A stretch of DNA of 63,196 bases from Myxococcota bacterium (lineage in GTDB: Bacteria; Myxococcota_A; UBA9160; UBA6930). Made by a program: the position numbers and the translations under genes. Each line of letters begins with the position of its first letter. The stretch's first letter is position 1. The stretch covers positions 1 to 63,196 of the forward strand of contig JASJCN010000010.1 of the NCBI GenBank assembly GCA_030065975.1, given 5' to 3'. Below, in pieces: positions 12,578-23,700 of this stretch. The notes under the pieces were generated by a model. That model saw only the letters and a list, made by a program, of their open reading frames with translations. It made no database searches and was not told the DNA's origin.

Positions 12578-13399
12578 TCAGCTCATCCGGCGGGGGATCG
12601 GCAGCAGGCCGCGGACCCGTCGGCGGTACTGCTCGTAGTCCTCGCCGTGGAGCTCGACGAGCGTCTTCTCCTCGATGCGCACGCCCACGAGGATGTAGGC
12701 GGTGCAGGTGACGGCGAAGAGCAGGTGGCTCTGCGTCATGTGCGGGGTCGACCAGAAGGCAATCAGGAAGCCGACCATCAGCGGATGGCGGACCCAGCGG
12801 TAGAAGAGGATCTCCTTGAAGCGGGGCGCCACGTACTCGCGACCGAGGGCGTAGGTCACGGTCTGGCGCAGGCCGAAGAGATCGAAGTGATCGATGATGA
12901 AGGTCGAGGCCAGCACCACGCCCCAGCCGAGGAACGAGATTCCCAGGAGCAGCCAGGCGACGGGCCCTTCGACGTGCCACACGACCTCGGGGAGCGGCTG
13001 CCACAGCCACACCGTGGCGATCAGGATCACCGAGGTCACCAGCACGAAGGTGCTGCGCTCGGCGGCGGCCGGGATGATCTTCGTCCAGGCCCGCTTGAAG
13101 GCCGGGCGCGCCATGATCGTGTGCTGGATGCCGAACACACCCAGGCACAGCACGTTGATCAGGATGGCGGTCGCGAGGGGCCCGGACTGTCCCACCACGC
13201 CCGAGTCGAGGGTCTTCGGAACGACGAAGCCGCCGACGAAGCCGATCAGGTAGAGGAAGGTCGCGAAGAAGAGGACGTAGGCGAAGATGCCGTAGGCGAG
13301 GACGGCGGCGCGGCTCGCCGCCGATGCCGGCTGGGGCTGGCCTTCCGAGGCGGGCGAGGCGGGGGAGGGGGAGACGTCAGCGGTCGGGTTCATGGCCAT
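12578..13399 (-). CDS. mddA: Methanethiol S-methyltransferase MddA-like (NnrU/ICMT family)
   Basis: FGIQHTIMARPAFK...AERSTFVL, HFDLFGLRQ, YRWVRHPL and EEKTL motifs; AAGGAG RBS. Confidence 0.8.
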   Translation of the reverse strand: MAMNPTADVSPSPASPASEGQPQPASAASRAAVLAYGIFAYVLFFATFLYLIGFVGGFVVPKTLDSGVVGQSGPLATAILINVLCLGVFGIQHTIMARPAFKRAWTKIIPAAAERSTFVLVTSVILIATVWLWQPLPEVVWHVEGPVAWLLLGISFLGWGVVLASTFIIDHFDLFGLRQTVTYALGREYVAPRFKEILFYRWVRHPLMVGFLIAFWSTPHMTQSHLLFAVTCTAYILVGVRIEEKTLVELHGEDYEQYRRRVRGLLPIPRRMS

Positions 13400-13792
13400 G
13401 GAGGTGACTCCTTCGAGGGCGCCCATTCGGAGGGGCGCGTTGGGGTCGGGCGCGTTGGTGGGGCCGTTGCCGGCGTCCTCTCGGGCGCCGGGATCATCGG
13501 GGCGGGCTCGGCTCTCGAGCCCGTCGCGCGGGGCCTCCTCCCTCCGGGGCGGGCCTGATACCATCGCCGCCGTTCACTCAGCGGGAGGCTCGATCCGGGG
13601 TCCGGGCCGTCGCGTCGACGCCGTGGAGCATGGGCCGAGGGACGTCCTCGAACCTGACCGGAAGCTTCCCGTTTGGTGAATTCCACCGGAGTTCCGGGGG
13701 CTGCGCGATCTCCGGCGCCCATCCCGGGCTCGGAGCCGAGGGGCTCGGAGCGCAGGGGCTCGGCGGGGCGAGTCGAGGCGGAACGCAAGGGA

Positions 13793-15757
13793 ATGAGCGA
13801 CACCGGGCGCGAGACGAGGGGTTCGGGCTACGTCTTCGGGTCCTTCGTCCTGGACCTGACCCGCTTCGAGCTGCGCCGGGGCGAGCAGCGCGTGGAGCTG
13901 CAGCCGAAGGTCTTCGCGGTGCTGCGCCTCTTGGTGGAGGCCGCTCCGCGCACGGTTCCGAAGGAGGAGATCCTCGACACGGTCTGGGCCGACGTCGTGA
14001 CGGGCGATGAGGTCCTGACCAAGGCGATCAGCCAGGCGCGCCAGGCGCTGTCCCGCGTGTCACCCGGCGAGGAGGTGATCCGGACCGTCCGCGGCCGCGG
14101 CTACGGGATTGCCCTCGACGTGGCGCCCCTCGATGCCGCCGCGGATCCGGAGCTCGAAGCGAGCGCCGCGGCGCCGAGGGCTCCCGCCCCGGCGGAAGCC
14201 GTGGAGCCGCTGGCAGAGGCCCCGCGGCCCCCCCGCCGCTTCGGCCCGCTGCTCGTGGCCGGAGGGATCGGCGGCGCGGCCCTGGCCGTGCTGGTCGCAG
14301 CCGGCGTCTATCTGGCCCTTCCCACCGAGCTCCCCTTCGCTCCGGCCCGGCCGGCGGCCGGCCCCGGATCCGCGCCCCCGCCCACGGCGGTGGCCGTGCT
14401 GGCGTTCTCCGACCTGAGCCCCGAGGGAGATCACACCTATCTCGCCCACGGGATCAGCGAAGACCTGATCGCGAACCTGTCGCGCCAGGCCGACCTGCAC
14501 GTCGCTGCCCGGACCTCGGCCTTTGCGTTCGCGGACGAGCCCACCGCCATCACCGAGATCGGTCGGCGCCTCGGGGTCGGCTCGGTGGTCGAGGGGAGCG
14601 TCCGCGTGGTGGGAGATCGGCTGCGGGTGTCGGCCCAGCTGGTGCGCGCCCACGACGGCTTCCAGCTCTGGGGGGATCGCTTCGATCGGCCCCTCGACGA
14701 CGTGCTCGGCGTCCAGGACGACATCGCCAACCAGATTGCGCGCGAGCTCGAGGCGCGGCTCTCACCGGTCGTGCGCTCGCCGCGCCGCGACGGGAGCATG
14801 CAGGCCTACCTGCTGACCCTGCGCGGGAGAAAAGCGATCCTGAAGCGGACGCCCGAAGGCGTGGACGAGGCCATCGAGCTGTACGGTCAGGCCGTCGCCG
14901 CGGATCCCGGATCCGCCGAGGCCCAGGCGGGGCTCGCCAGCTCGCTCGGCTACAAGTGGGGCAGCTTCTCGGCCGAGCCGCGCACGAGCGAGCTCCTGGC
15001 TCGGGCCGAGGAGCACGCGCGGCTGGCCGTGGCGGCGGATCCGGCCAGTGCGACGGCCCACAAGCAGCTCGCCGTCGTGATGGAGGTGCGCCATCGGGAC
15101 TGGCCCGCGGCGCTCGCGCTCTACGATCGCGCGCTCGAGCTGAACCCCGGACACCACGACGCGCTCGTCGCCCGGGCGGGGCTCCTGTTGAAGCTCGGCC
15201 GCTTCGACGAGGCCCATCCCCTGCTGCTGCGTGCGGTCGAGCAGGACCCGCTCGGCGCGAGCGTCCATCAGATGCTCGGGCGGCTGCTCTTCTATCGCAC
15301 GGAGTACGACGCCGCGCTCACGTCGCTGCATCGTTCCTGGGCGATCTCGACCGGTCCGGACATCCCCTCGCTGCTCTCCAAGGCCTACGGGCGCAAGGGG
15401 ATGGAGCGCGAGAGCAGCGAGGCGCTGATGCTCGCCTTCCCGCCCGGGCAGCGCCCGGGCTTCCGCATCCTCGCGCGCACCTTGGGGACGGTGGGCTTCC
15501 TGCGCTTCATGATGGACGTCGTGGAGTGGCGCACCGGCTCGCGCTGCGGGACCGTCCCGTGGACCGGCTCCCACGTCTTCGCGTACACCGGCGAGGTCGA
15601 GCGCATGCTCGAGTGCCTGAACGAGGCCGAGCAGCGCCACTTCTGGTACGTCCGCGTCGAGCCCGCCTTCGATCCCTACCGCAAGGACCCGCGCTTCGTC
15701 GCCCTGCTCGAGCGCGCCGGGTTCGGCGACGACGCGATTGCCAGCGCCGGGCACTGA
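13793..15757 (+). CDS. Winged-helix (CadC/OmpR-type) regulator with TM helix, TolB-like domain and TPR repeats
   Basis: FGSFVLD...LQPKVF...IRTVRGRGY, a TM segment, VAVLAF/ARTSAFAF/EGSVR, then TPR helices. Confidence 0.85.
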   Translation: MSDTGRETRGSGYVFGSFVLDLTRFELRRGEQRVELQPKVFAVLRLLVEAAPRTVPKEEILDTVWADVVTGDEVLTKAISQARQALSRVSPGEEVIRTVRGRGYGIALDVAPLDAAADPELEASAAAPRAPAPAEAVEPLAEAPRPPRRFGPLLVAGGIGGAALAVLVAAGVYLALPTELPFAPARPAAGPGSAPPPTAVAVLAFSDLSPEGDHTYLAHGISEDLIANLSRQADLHVAARTSAFAFADEPTAITEIGRRLGVGSVVEGSVRVVGDRLRVSAQLVRAHDGFQLWGDRFDRPLDDVLGVQDDIANQIARELEARLSPVVRSPRRDGSMQAYLLTLRGRKAILKRTPEGVDEAIELYGQAVAADPGSAEAQAGLASSLGYKWGSFSAEPRTSELLARAEEHARLAVAADPASATAHKQLAVVMEVRHRDWPAALALYDRALELNPGHHDALVARAGLLLKLGRFDEAHPLLLRAVEQDPLGASVHQMLGRLLFYRTEYDAALTSLHRSWAISTGPDIPSLLSKAYGRKGMERESSEALMLAFPPGQRPGFRILARTLGTVGFLRFMMDVVEWRTGSRCGTVPWTGSHVFAYTGEVERMLECLNEAEQRHFWYVRVEPAFDPYRKDPRFVALLERAGFGDDAIASAGH

Positions 15758-15798
15758 GCGCGCGAATCGGTGCGCGTGCCGCGTGGTACGCTCGCGGC

Positions 15799-17427
15799 AT
15801 GTCCTTCGACCTGATCCTCAAGGGCGGTGCCGTCCTCGACGGCACCGGTGCCGACGCCGAGCCCGTCTCCATCGGCGTTCGCCAGGGCCGCATCGCCGCC
15901 GTCGGAGATCTCGACGCCGCCGAGGCCACCCGCGAGATCGACTGCAGCGGGCTCACGATCACCCCGGGCTTCATCGACATGCACTCCCACAGCGACTGGG
16001 TGCTGCCCCAGCCCGGGCACGGCGAGGTGCTGGCCCCTCTGGTGGAGCAGGGCATCACGACCCTCGTGGGCGGGAACTGTGGAAGCTCGCCCGCTCCCTG
16101 CTGTGGCCAGAACGAGCAGCTGCTCCCGCTGATGGCGAAGCTCCTGCACGACGACGAGCTCGACTACGAGTGGAGCGGGATGGGCGAGTTCCTGGGCGCC
16201 CTGGACGAGCGGGGCGTGGCCCTGAACGTGGCACAGCTCGCCGGCCACGGCGCGATCCGCAGCGCCATCAAGGGCCTCGACCCCAGGCCCTCGACGCCGG
16301 ACGAGCGCGCGCAGATGGCGGACCTCGCGCGCGCGTGTCTCGACCAGGGCGCCATCGGCCTCTCGACGGGCCTCGGCTATGCCCCGGGGATCTTCGCCGA
16401 CGTGGGCGAGCTGGTGGACGTGACGGCGCCCCTGGCCGAGCGCGGCGGCGTCTACACCTCCCACGCCCGCAGCTACGTGGCGCTCGCCGCGAGGGGCCAG
16501 GACGAAGAGACCCCGTCCAATCAGCTCGCCCTCGACGAGACGGCGGCCATCCACCGGGCCCACGGCGTTCCGGTGCAGCACTCGCACCTGATCTTCGTCG
16601 GCGACGCCACCTGGCCCTCCACCGATCGGATCCTCGAGCACCTCGACGCCCTGCGCGGCGAGGTCGACATCGCGGTGGACGCCTTCCCCTACGTGGGCGG
16701 CAACACCACCCTGATCGTGTTCCTGCCGCCCTGGGCCCTGGCCGACATGCAGACGGCCCTCGACCCCGGAGGCGATCGCGAGCGGCTCCTGCGCGCGGTC
16801 GATCGAACCTTCGAGCGCGTGGGCATGCGCTGGGAGGACACGCAGATCCTATGGGTGCCCCGGCGCGAGCACGCCGACTACGAAGGGCAGACGGTCGCCG
16901 AGATCGCTCGCGAGCGCGGCCGCTCGGGAACCGAGACCTACCTCGACCTGGTGGCCGAGCTCGGCGGGAGCACCCGCATCATCAACTGGAACTACAGCGG
17001 GCGGGACGACGAGGAGACCAGCCTGCGCAAGGTGCTGTCGCACCCGCTCACCTGCTTCGAGACCGACACGATCCTGACGGGCCACGGCGTCGACAACCCG
17101 GCCTCCTTCGGGACCTTTCCGCGGGTGCTGGGGCGCTACGTGCGCGAGCTCGGGCTCTTCTCGCTGCCCGAGGCGGTCCGCCGCATGACGTCGCTCTCCG
17201 CCGAGCGCATGGGGCTACGCGATCGCGGGCGCATCGCGGAGGGACTGGCCGCGGACCTCGTGGTCTTCGACGCCGGGGAGGTGGGCGATCGCGCGACGCG
17301 CCACGATCCGAGCGCGCGCAGCGTCGGCATCGATCGGGTGCTGATCAATGGCCAGGTGGTCGTCGAAGGCGGTCGCTTCGACGCGAGCTCGCGCGCCGGC
17401 GCGGTCCTGCGCCGCGACGCTTCCTAG
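15799..17427 (+). CDS. N-acyl-D-amino-acid deacylase family amidohydrolase
   Basis: PGFIDMHSHSD, GNCG, LSTGLGYAPG, FGTFPRVLGRYVRE and ADLVVFD motifs. Confidence 0.88.
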   Translation: MSFDLILKGGAVLDGTGADAEPVSIGVRQGRIAAVGDLDAAEATREIDCSGLTITPGFIDMHSHSDWVLPQPGHGEVLAPLVEQGITTLVGGNCGSSPAPCCGQNEQLLPLMAKLLHDDELDYEWSGMGEFLGALDERGVALNVAQLAGHGAIRSAIKGLDPRPSTPDERAQMADLARACLDQGAIGLSTGLGYAPGIFADVGELVDVTAPLAERGGVYTSHARSYVALAARGQDEETPSNQLALDETAAIHRAHGVPVQHSHLIFVGDATWPSTDRILEHLDALRGEVDIAVDAFPYVGGNTTLIVFLPPWALADMQTALDPGGDRERLLRAVDRTFERVGMRWEDTQILWVPRREHADYEGQTVAEIARERGRSGTETYLDLVAELGGSTRIINWNYSGRDDEETSLRKVLSHPLTCFETDTILTGHGVDNPASFGTFPRVLGRYVRELGLFSLPEAVRRMTSLSAERMGLRDRGRIAEGLAADLVVFDAGEVGDRATRHDPSARSVGIDRVLINGQVVVEGGRFDASSRAGAVLRRDAS

Positions 17428-20009
17428 TCCCAGTCGACGTTCAGGTCGATCTCGACGTCGACGCTCTTCTCGGAGGTGCCGGTCTCGGCGTCGCCCAGAT
17501 CGTCTTCGCCGGAGCCGTCGTCGTCTTCGGACTCCTCCGACGAGGCGGAGTCGGCCGCCGCGTCCGAGTTCCCGTGCGAAGTCGCGTCCTGAGTCGCCGG
17601 GTCCGCTCCGGCATCGGACTCGCCCGGCTCGTCCGCCTCGGCCTCCGAGCTCTCGCTCGTCGGCGTCGATGCTTCGATGGTCTCGGGGGCCGGAGCCTCG
17701 GGTGACACCGCTGCAGCGGCAGCAGCAGCGGGTGCCGCAGCGGCCACCGTTCCCGCGGCGGGGGCGGCGGCGGAGGGAGCGGCCTCGGCCTCGTCCTCCG
17801 GGGTCGCCGGCGGGTCGACCTCGGGCATGGACTCGAAGGCCTCGCGGATGCGCTCGAAGAGACGCTCGAAGCGCGGCCGGGTCGGGCCGGCGAGCAGGGC
17901 GCCCACGTTGCGCTCGCTGCCGTTGGCGATGAACTTGGCCGGCCGCGAGCGCTGGAACAGCACGCCCAGCGCCCCCATCGCGGACTCGTAGCGGGCCACC
18001 TGGTTCGGGATCGAGGCATCGAACTCGGGCTCGCGACCCGCGAGCTCGTCGCCGTAGGCCACACGCATGAAGCGCTCGTAGGTGGTCGGATCGATCAGGT
18101 CCTCGATCTCGAAGCGGCCGGAGGGCGTGTCCTCGTGCGCCGAGCCCACGTGCACGTAGGCGTGCATCGCGCGCTTGGGGAGCTCGCCCAGGGCGGCCTC
18201 GACCTCGGCCGGCGGGCGGCTGCCCACCACCACGATCGGGTGCTCGTTCCCCTGACGCGCCAGGCGGGCCAGGATGCCGAGGTAGGCCGCGCCGCCGGCG
18301 GGCACCGGCACGATGTCGTTGGGAAGGCCGGCTCGGCCATCGTTCACCAGGTGCTCGGAGGTGGCGCGCAGGTACCAGAGGTCGGAGACGTTCTCGACCA
18401 GGATCATGGGGCCGTCTCCGACGAGACCGCGGATCATCTGCTCGGCCGCGGCCTCGAGGGTGTGCGTCACGACCAGCGGCTCGGGATCCGGCGTCTCCTC
18501 CGTGGCGGCCTGGAAGAGCGCGTCGACCAGCTCGTCGTCGTCGGCCTCGACCGGCGGCGCCGTGAGGTCGCCATCGGCCGACTCGCTGGCCGCGGCCTCC
18601 GCGGGCGCGGTCTGCGGAGCCGCCGCCGGCGCGGCCAGTGCGTCCGGCCCGACATCCGGCCCGGCATCCGGCCCGACATTCCGGAGGAAGCCCGCCGCCG
18701 CCGGTGCGACGCGGGTTCCGCCCTCGGCCTCGTAGGACACGGCGAGCACCGCGGCGTTGGGGCCGCTCGGCTGGAGCGCGGGGGCCTGGGTCGTGAGCAC
18801 GGTGGGCGACTCGAGCTCGCACAGGTACTGCACGAGATCCCGCTGTCCGACGGGATGCAGCTGCAGGCCCGGCTCGTCGAGCAGCAGGAGCGCGTTGCCT
18901 CCGTCCTCGTCGTGGGAGGCGGAGAGGATCACGAAGAAGGAGAAGAACCAGCGGAAGCCCTGGCTGCGCTGGTTCAGGTTGACCTCGATGTCCGAGAAGT
19001 CGGTCGGGTCGCACACCAGGGTGTTGAGCTGGTCGCCGTCGAGGTGGAAGCGCACCTTGAGCGGGCGGTCCCGCCACAGCTTGCGGATCTTGCGCGTGAC
19101 GGCGCCACCCGCCTGGCTCACGGCCTGGCGGCGAAGCTCGCTGTCGCCCGAGAGGATCTCCTCCAGCACGGTGTCGTCGATGCCGGCCATCTGGAGCAGG
19201 AGGCCGAACTCGAAGTCGCCCTCCTGCAGGTTGCCCTCGCGGATGCGCTGCTGGAAGGCCCGCAGGTCCATCTGGCCATCGAGGTCCGGGACCTCGTCGA
19301 CGAAGACGAAGGAGGGCAGGCGGTCGATCACGAAGCGCTCGCCCGCAGTGCGGTCGGCCGAATCAGGGGCCCCCGGGTTCGCCAGCTCGCGCAGGTCGTC
19401 GAGGGCCTCGCGGGTCTCGTCCGTGACCTCGGTCCGGGTGAGCTTGGCGGCGGCATCGAGGTTCTCGACCGCCGTCTTCATCTCCTCCAACCAGGCGGCC
19501 TCGTCCTCGATGGGCTCTGCGCTGGACGTCGTGACGCGCCCGAGTGCGACCTCGAGGGGCGGCTGGTCGGCCGCGGCGGCCGCGAGGCTGGCCTCGATGC
19601 GACGCCCGAGCTCCTTGGCCCGCTCGCCCACGGACTGCGCGTCCTCGGCGGCCGGGAAGTGCACGCGGGGCGGCCCCGCATAGCATCGCGCGACCTCGAC
19701 CCAGGGAAGGGTCGCCGCTTCGGGCATGATGGCCGTCAGGTCGGCGCGCTCGCGCTGACTCAAGAGCCAGCGCGTCTCGACCACCGGAAGATCGTCGGCG
19801 TACTCGCTTCGCAGCCGGTCGGCCGGGAAGTCGCGCACGCGAGTGAAGACGGGCTCGAAGCTGGGTGCCGTCAGCTGGCTCAGAGCGGTCACCAGATTGG
19901 TCTTGCCGCTCTCGTTGTGTCCGACCAGGGCGGTGGTGTGGGCCAGGTCGATCCAACCGCTGTCGTGGATGTTGCGGAAGTGCGTGACCCGGAACTTGTC
20001 CAGCTTCAT
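17424..20009 (-). CDS. OLD-family-like ABC ATPase plus degenerate TOPRIM domain, with acidic disordered insert and tail
   Basis: FRNIHDS, Walker A GHNESGKT, RSQGFRWFFSF, Walker B LLLDEPGLQLHP, VENVSD, PAGG and EIEDL motifs. Confidence 0.78.
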   Translation of the reverse strand: MKLDKFRVTHFRNIHDSGWIDLAHTTALVGHNESGKTNLVTALSQLTAPSFEPVFTRVRDFPADRLRSEYADDLPVVETRWLLSQRERADLTAIMPEAATLPWVEVARCYAGPPRVHFPAAEDAQSVGERAKELGRRIEASLAAAAADQPPLEVALGRVTTSSAEPIEDEAAWLEEMKTAVENLDAAAKLTRTEVTDETREALDDLRELANPGAPDSADRTAGERFVIDRLPSFVFVDEVPDLDGQMDLRAFQQRIREGNLQEGDFEFGLLLQMAGIDDTVLEEILSGDSELRRQAVSQAGGAVTRKIRKLWRDRPLKVRFHLDGDQLNTLVCDPTDFSDIEVNLNQRSQGFRWFFSFFVILSASHDEDGGNALLLLDEPGLQLHPVGQRDLVQYLCELESPTVLTTQAPALQPSGPNAAVLAVSYEAEGGTRVAPAAAGFLRNVGPDAGPDVGPDALAAPAAAPQTAPAEAAASESADGDLTAPPVEADDDELVDALFQAATEETPDPEPLVVTHTLEAAAEQMIRGLVGDGPMILVENVSDLWYLRATSEHLVNDGRAGLPNDIVPVPAGGAAYLGILARLARQGNEHPIVVVGSRPPAEVEAALGELPKRAMHAYVHVGSAHEDTPSGRFEIEDLIDPTTYERFMRVAYGDELAGREPEFDASIPNQVARYESAMGALGVLFQRSRPAKFIANGSERNVGALLAGPTRPRFERLFERIREAFESMPEVDPPATPEDEAEAAPSAAAPAAGTVAAAAPAAAAAAAVSPEAPAPETIEASTPTSESSEAEADEPGESDAGADPATQDATSHGNSDAAADSASSEESEDDDGSGEDDLGDAETGTSEKSVDVEIDLNVDWD
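18643..18678. repeat. 12-bp tandem repeat x3 in the ATPase-TOPRIM linker
   Basis: TCCGGCCCGRCA x3, encoding (V/A)GPD units on the minus strand. Confidence 0.8.
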
Positions 20010-20270
20010 GTTTCCCTCGCTGTCGCGATCCGGCCGGGCGAGACCCGAGGGCGAACCGCATTCGATCGCAGGGAGACGCATCCCGAGCGGCTGTTGCCGC
20101 CAAGTTGCGCGTCCCAGAAGGTGGATCGGGCGGGAGGCGAGGGGGCTTGAGGGGAAGCTGCGACCGGCTCCCGGGCCCAGGCGGAGTGAGGGCGAAAGCC
20201 CGCATTTCCGCATCCCGTCCGCGGATTCCACGCGCCCGAGCGCGTCTCGCGCACCGCTAGTCTCCCGCTC

Positions 20271-20771
20271 ATGGCGGCGGATGCTCCGGACGTGGGTGCC
20301 TGGCTGGCGAAGCTCGGCGCGTGCTGGGACGAGCCGGCTCTGGCGGCCCGGCTGCACGTCGCCCCGAGCCGCCGCATGACGCGGACGCTCGGCTGCTACG
20401 ACCTGCGGCGGCGCGAGATCCGCATCGCGGCGTGGCTGCTCGAGGCCCCCTCTTCGCGGGACGACCTGCGGCGCGAGGTGCTGTGTCACGAGGCGGCTCA
20501 CGCGGTGGTCCACGAGCGCCACGGCGAGGCCGCGCGGCCCCACGGAGCGGAGTGGCGCGCGCTCATGCGGCGCGCCGGCTACGCGCCGCGCGTGCGCATC
20601 CCGGGGATCGACGCGGGCGAGGCCGCGCGCCGCGCGGGGCGCGCCTTCGAGCACCGCTGCCCCGTCTGCGACAAGGCGCGGATCCTCTCCTCGCGTCAGC
20701 GGCGGCTTCGCTGCCGCGCCTGCGTCGAGTCGGGACGCAGCGGCGAGCTCGCGATCGCGCTCCTCTCCTAG
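20271..20771 (+). CDS. SprT-like zinc metalloprotease
   Basis: RMTRTLG, HEAAH, HGAEW and C-terminal CPVC...CRAC zinc ribbon. Confidence 0.85.
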   Translation: MAADAPDVGAWLAKLGACWDEPALAARLHVAPSRRMTRTLGCYDLRRREIRIAAWLLEAPSSRDDLRREVLCHEAAHAVVHERHGEAARPHGAEWRALMRRAGYAPRVRIPGIDAGEAARRAGRAFEHRCPVCDKARILSSRQRRLRCRACVESGRSGELAIALLS

Positions 20772-20784
20772 GCCGCGTGTCCGC

Positions 20785-23700
20785 CTAGGCGCTCGCCGGC
20801 AGCGCGGCCGCCGGGGCCTCGCTTCGCTCTTCGCCCCGGCTGCGTCGTCGCTGGATCAGTACGAAGCCCGCCGGGACGAACACCGTCGCGAGGATCGTCG
20901 CGCCCGCGACGCCGCCGGCCAGCACGATGGCCAGAGGCGGCCAGAAGTCTCCTCCCACGAAGAGCAGGAGCGGCAGGAAGCCGCCGATGGTCGTGAAGGT
21001 CGTCGAGAGCACGTGGCGCCCGCAGCCGAGCACCGCATCGACGATGGCGTCGAGATCGCCCGCGCGCGCCGCCTCGTCGTCCCGGATCGCCGCCAGCACG
21101 ACGATCGAGTCGTTCAGGGCGACGCCGATCAGGCCGGCCGTGCCGAGGATGGAGTTGAAGCTGAAGGGGTAGCCGCTCACCCAAGTGGCCAGCAGCCCGA
21201 CGCCGGCCGAGAGGCCCGCGACCGAGAAGAGCAGCGCGGCCAGCGCGGCGCTCCGGAACGAGAGCACCACAGTCGCGACCATCAAGACGCCCAGCACCGG
21301 CGCATAGGTCAGCAGGCTCGAGACCGCTGCCGCCTGCTCCTCGGAGTCGCCGCCGACGCGCAGGGAGTAGCCGGCCGGCAGGCTGAAGCCCCCTTCTTCG
21401 AGGCTCTCCATCACGGCGTTGCTCACGTCGATGGGAAGCGAGCCCGCGCGCAGGAAGGCGCGGACCTGGTTGCAGCGCACGCCATCGCAGCGGGTGATGC
21501 CGCCGATCTCCGGGCGCAGCTCGAGCTCGCCGAGGGCCGAGAGCGGCAGCCAGTCGTTGCCGCCCGCGGCGAGCAGCTGGGTGTCCGCGACGCCGGCGCG
21601 ATCGCCGCGCTCGGCGTCCCGCGTGCGGATGCGCACCGGGAGCTCCTCGAAGCTCTCGACGACCGAGCCGCCGGTGCGTCCCTCGAGGCGTCCCTCGAGC
21701 TGGGCGGCCACGTCGCGCAGGGACAGGCCGGCGAGCCGGGCCTCGTCCTCGTCGACGTCGACCCACAGCTTGGGCTCGCCGCGCTCGAGGGTGGCCTGGG
21801 TGTGCAGCACCTCCGGCTGCTCGGTCAGACGCTGTCGGATCTCCTCGCCCAGCTCCTGGAGCGTGGCGAGCGCCGGGCCCCGCAGCTCGAGCTCGATCTC
21901 CGCCTCGACGGGTGGCCCCTGCCCGAACGAGCGCACCACCACCTGCGCTCCCGGTACCCGCGCGTCGATCTCGTCCTGGAGCACCGGAAGCAGGGCCTTC
22001 ACCTCCGCCGCCGTCCCGGTCTCGACCATGCCCCGGGCGTAGTAGGACGCGTCGTCCCGGCTCATCAGCAGGTTGTAGAAGACGCTCGGGAAGCTCCCGC
22101 CGAGCATCCAGGCCACGTGCTCCACCTCGTCGTGGCCGCGGATGACGTCCTCGATCTCGGCGACCGTACTGCGCGTCCGCTCCAGGGAGGCGTCCCGGGG
22201 GAGCCACACCTGCACGTCGAACATGTTGCGATCCACGGGCGGGAAGAACTGGCTTCCGAGGGTCGGCGCGAGCGCGAAGCCGAGCACCGGCAACGCCATG
22301 GCCACGGCGAGCCCGAGCGCCGGCCGCCGTAGGAGCTGGTGCAGGCCGCTGCGTGCTGCCGCGCTGAGCCGAGGGGACTGGATGCCGTGATGCCACCAGC
22401 GCGCCGGGCGCTCCCCGGGCTCGGGTCGCCGCAGCAGCAGACCGGCGAGCGCCGGCACGAGGGTCATGGCCACGACGAAGGACGCGATCAGCGCCAGGAT
22501 CACGGAGACCCCGATCGGCCCGACGAAGTCGCCGACGTTGCCGATCAAGAGGGGGATCGGCGCGAACGAGAGCAGGGTCGTGAGCGTCGAGGCCAGCAGC
22601 GGCGAGAACAGATGCGCCACCGACTGGGTGACGGCCGCGGGCCGATTGATCCCGCGCTGAAGCCGGGCGCTCACCTCGTCGACGACGACGATCGCGTTGT
22701 CGATCAGCAGTCCCAGCGCCATCATCATCCCGAAGATCGACATCTGCTGGAGCGTGCCGCCGCTCGCGAGCAGCGCGAAGAGCGCCAGGGCGACGCTGAT
22801 CGGAAGGGCTGCGCCGACGATCAGACCGGCGCGCAGGCCCATCGTGAGCAGCAGCACCACGACCACCACCGCCGCGCCGAGCACCAGGTTCTCGGCGAGG
22901 GTGCCGAGCCGCTCGACGGTGTAGTGGCTCTGGTCGAAGACGACGCGCAGATCGACCGGCCCGCCGACCTCGGCGCGGAAGCGGTCGGTGATGGCGCGCG
23001 CGCGCTCCGCCCAGGCGTCGGCCTGCTCCCGCGGCTCCATCCGCGCTGCGACGAAGATCGCGCGTCGGCCGTCGACCAGGCCGATCTCGGTGGTGGGCTC
23101 GCGCCAGCGCCGCGTGACCTCGGCCACGTCCCCGACCCGGACGAGAGAGCCGGAAAGCGCCCGGCGCAACGGGACCTCGCGCACGCGCTCGAGGGAGTCG
23201 AGCTCGCCTCGCACCTCGAGCACGAGATCGCTTCCGGGGCTGCGCAGGCGGCCGCTCGGTGTCTTCGCGTCGGCGGCGCGGAGCGCCTGGGCCACGTCCC
23301 GGGTGGTGAGGCCCAGGGCCGCGAGCTCCCGGTCGTCGACGAGGGCGGTGAGCTCCTCCTCCGGCTCGGCGTAGATGCGCACGAGCTCCGTTCCCGGAGC
23401 CGACCGCAGTCGATCGGCCAGATCCTCGGAGAGACGCGAGAGGATGCCCAGCTGACTCTCGTCCTCGGTGGTGAACGCGACGATCCAGGAGAAGGCGGTG
23501 GCGCCGCGCTTGTCGTCGAAGACCGGCGCGCTCGCCTCGGGCGGGAGCAGGGGCACCGCGGCCGCGACCTGGTCGCGGATCTCCGAGAAGACCTCGTCGG
23601 TGTCGTACACGTGGTCGTGCAGGGTGATCGCCACCACCGAGATCCCGGCCCGCGACGTCGAGTCGACCTCGCGGATCTCGGGGATCTCCTTCAGCTTCTC

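Noticed and set aside
20180-20212. GAAA-tetraloop hairpin between the ATPase and sprT genes
   Set aside because: It is a single short hairpin with no recognisable RNA family features.
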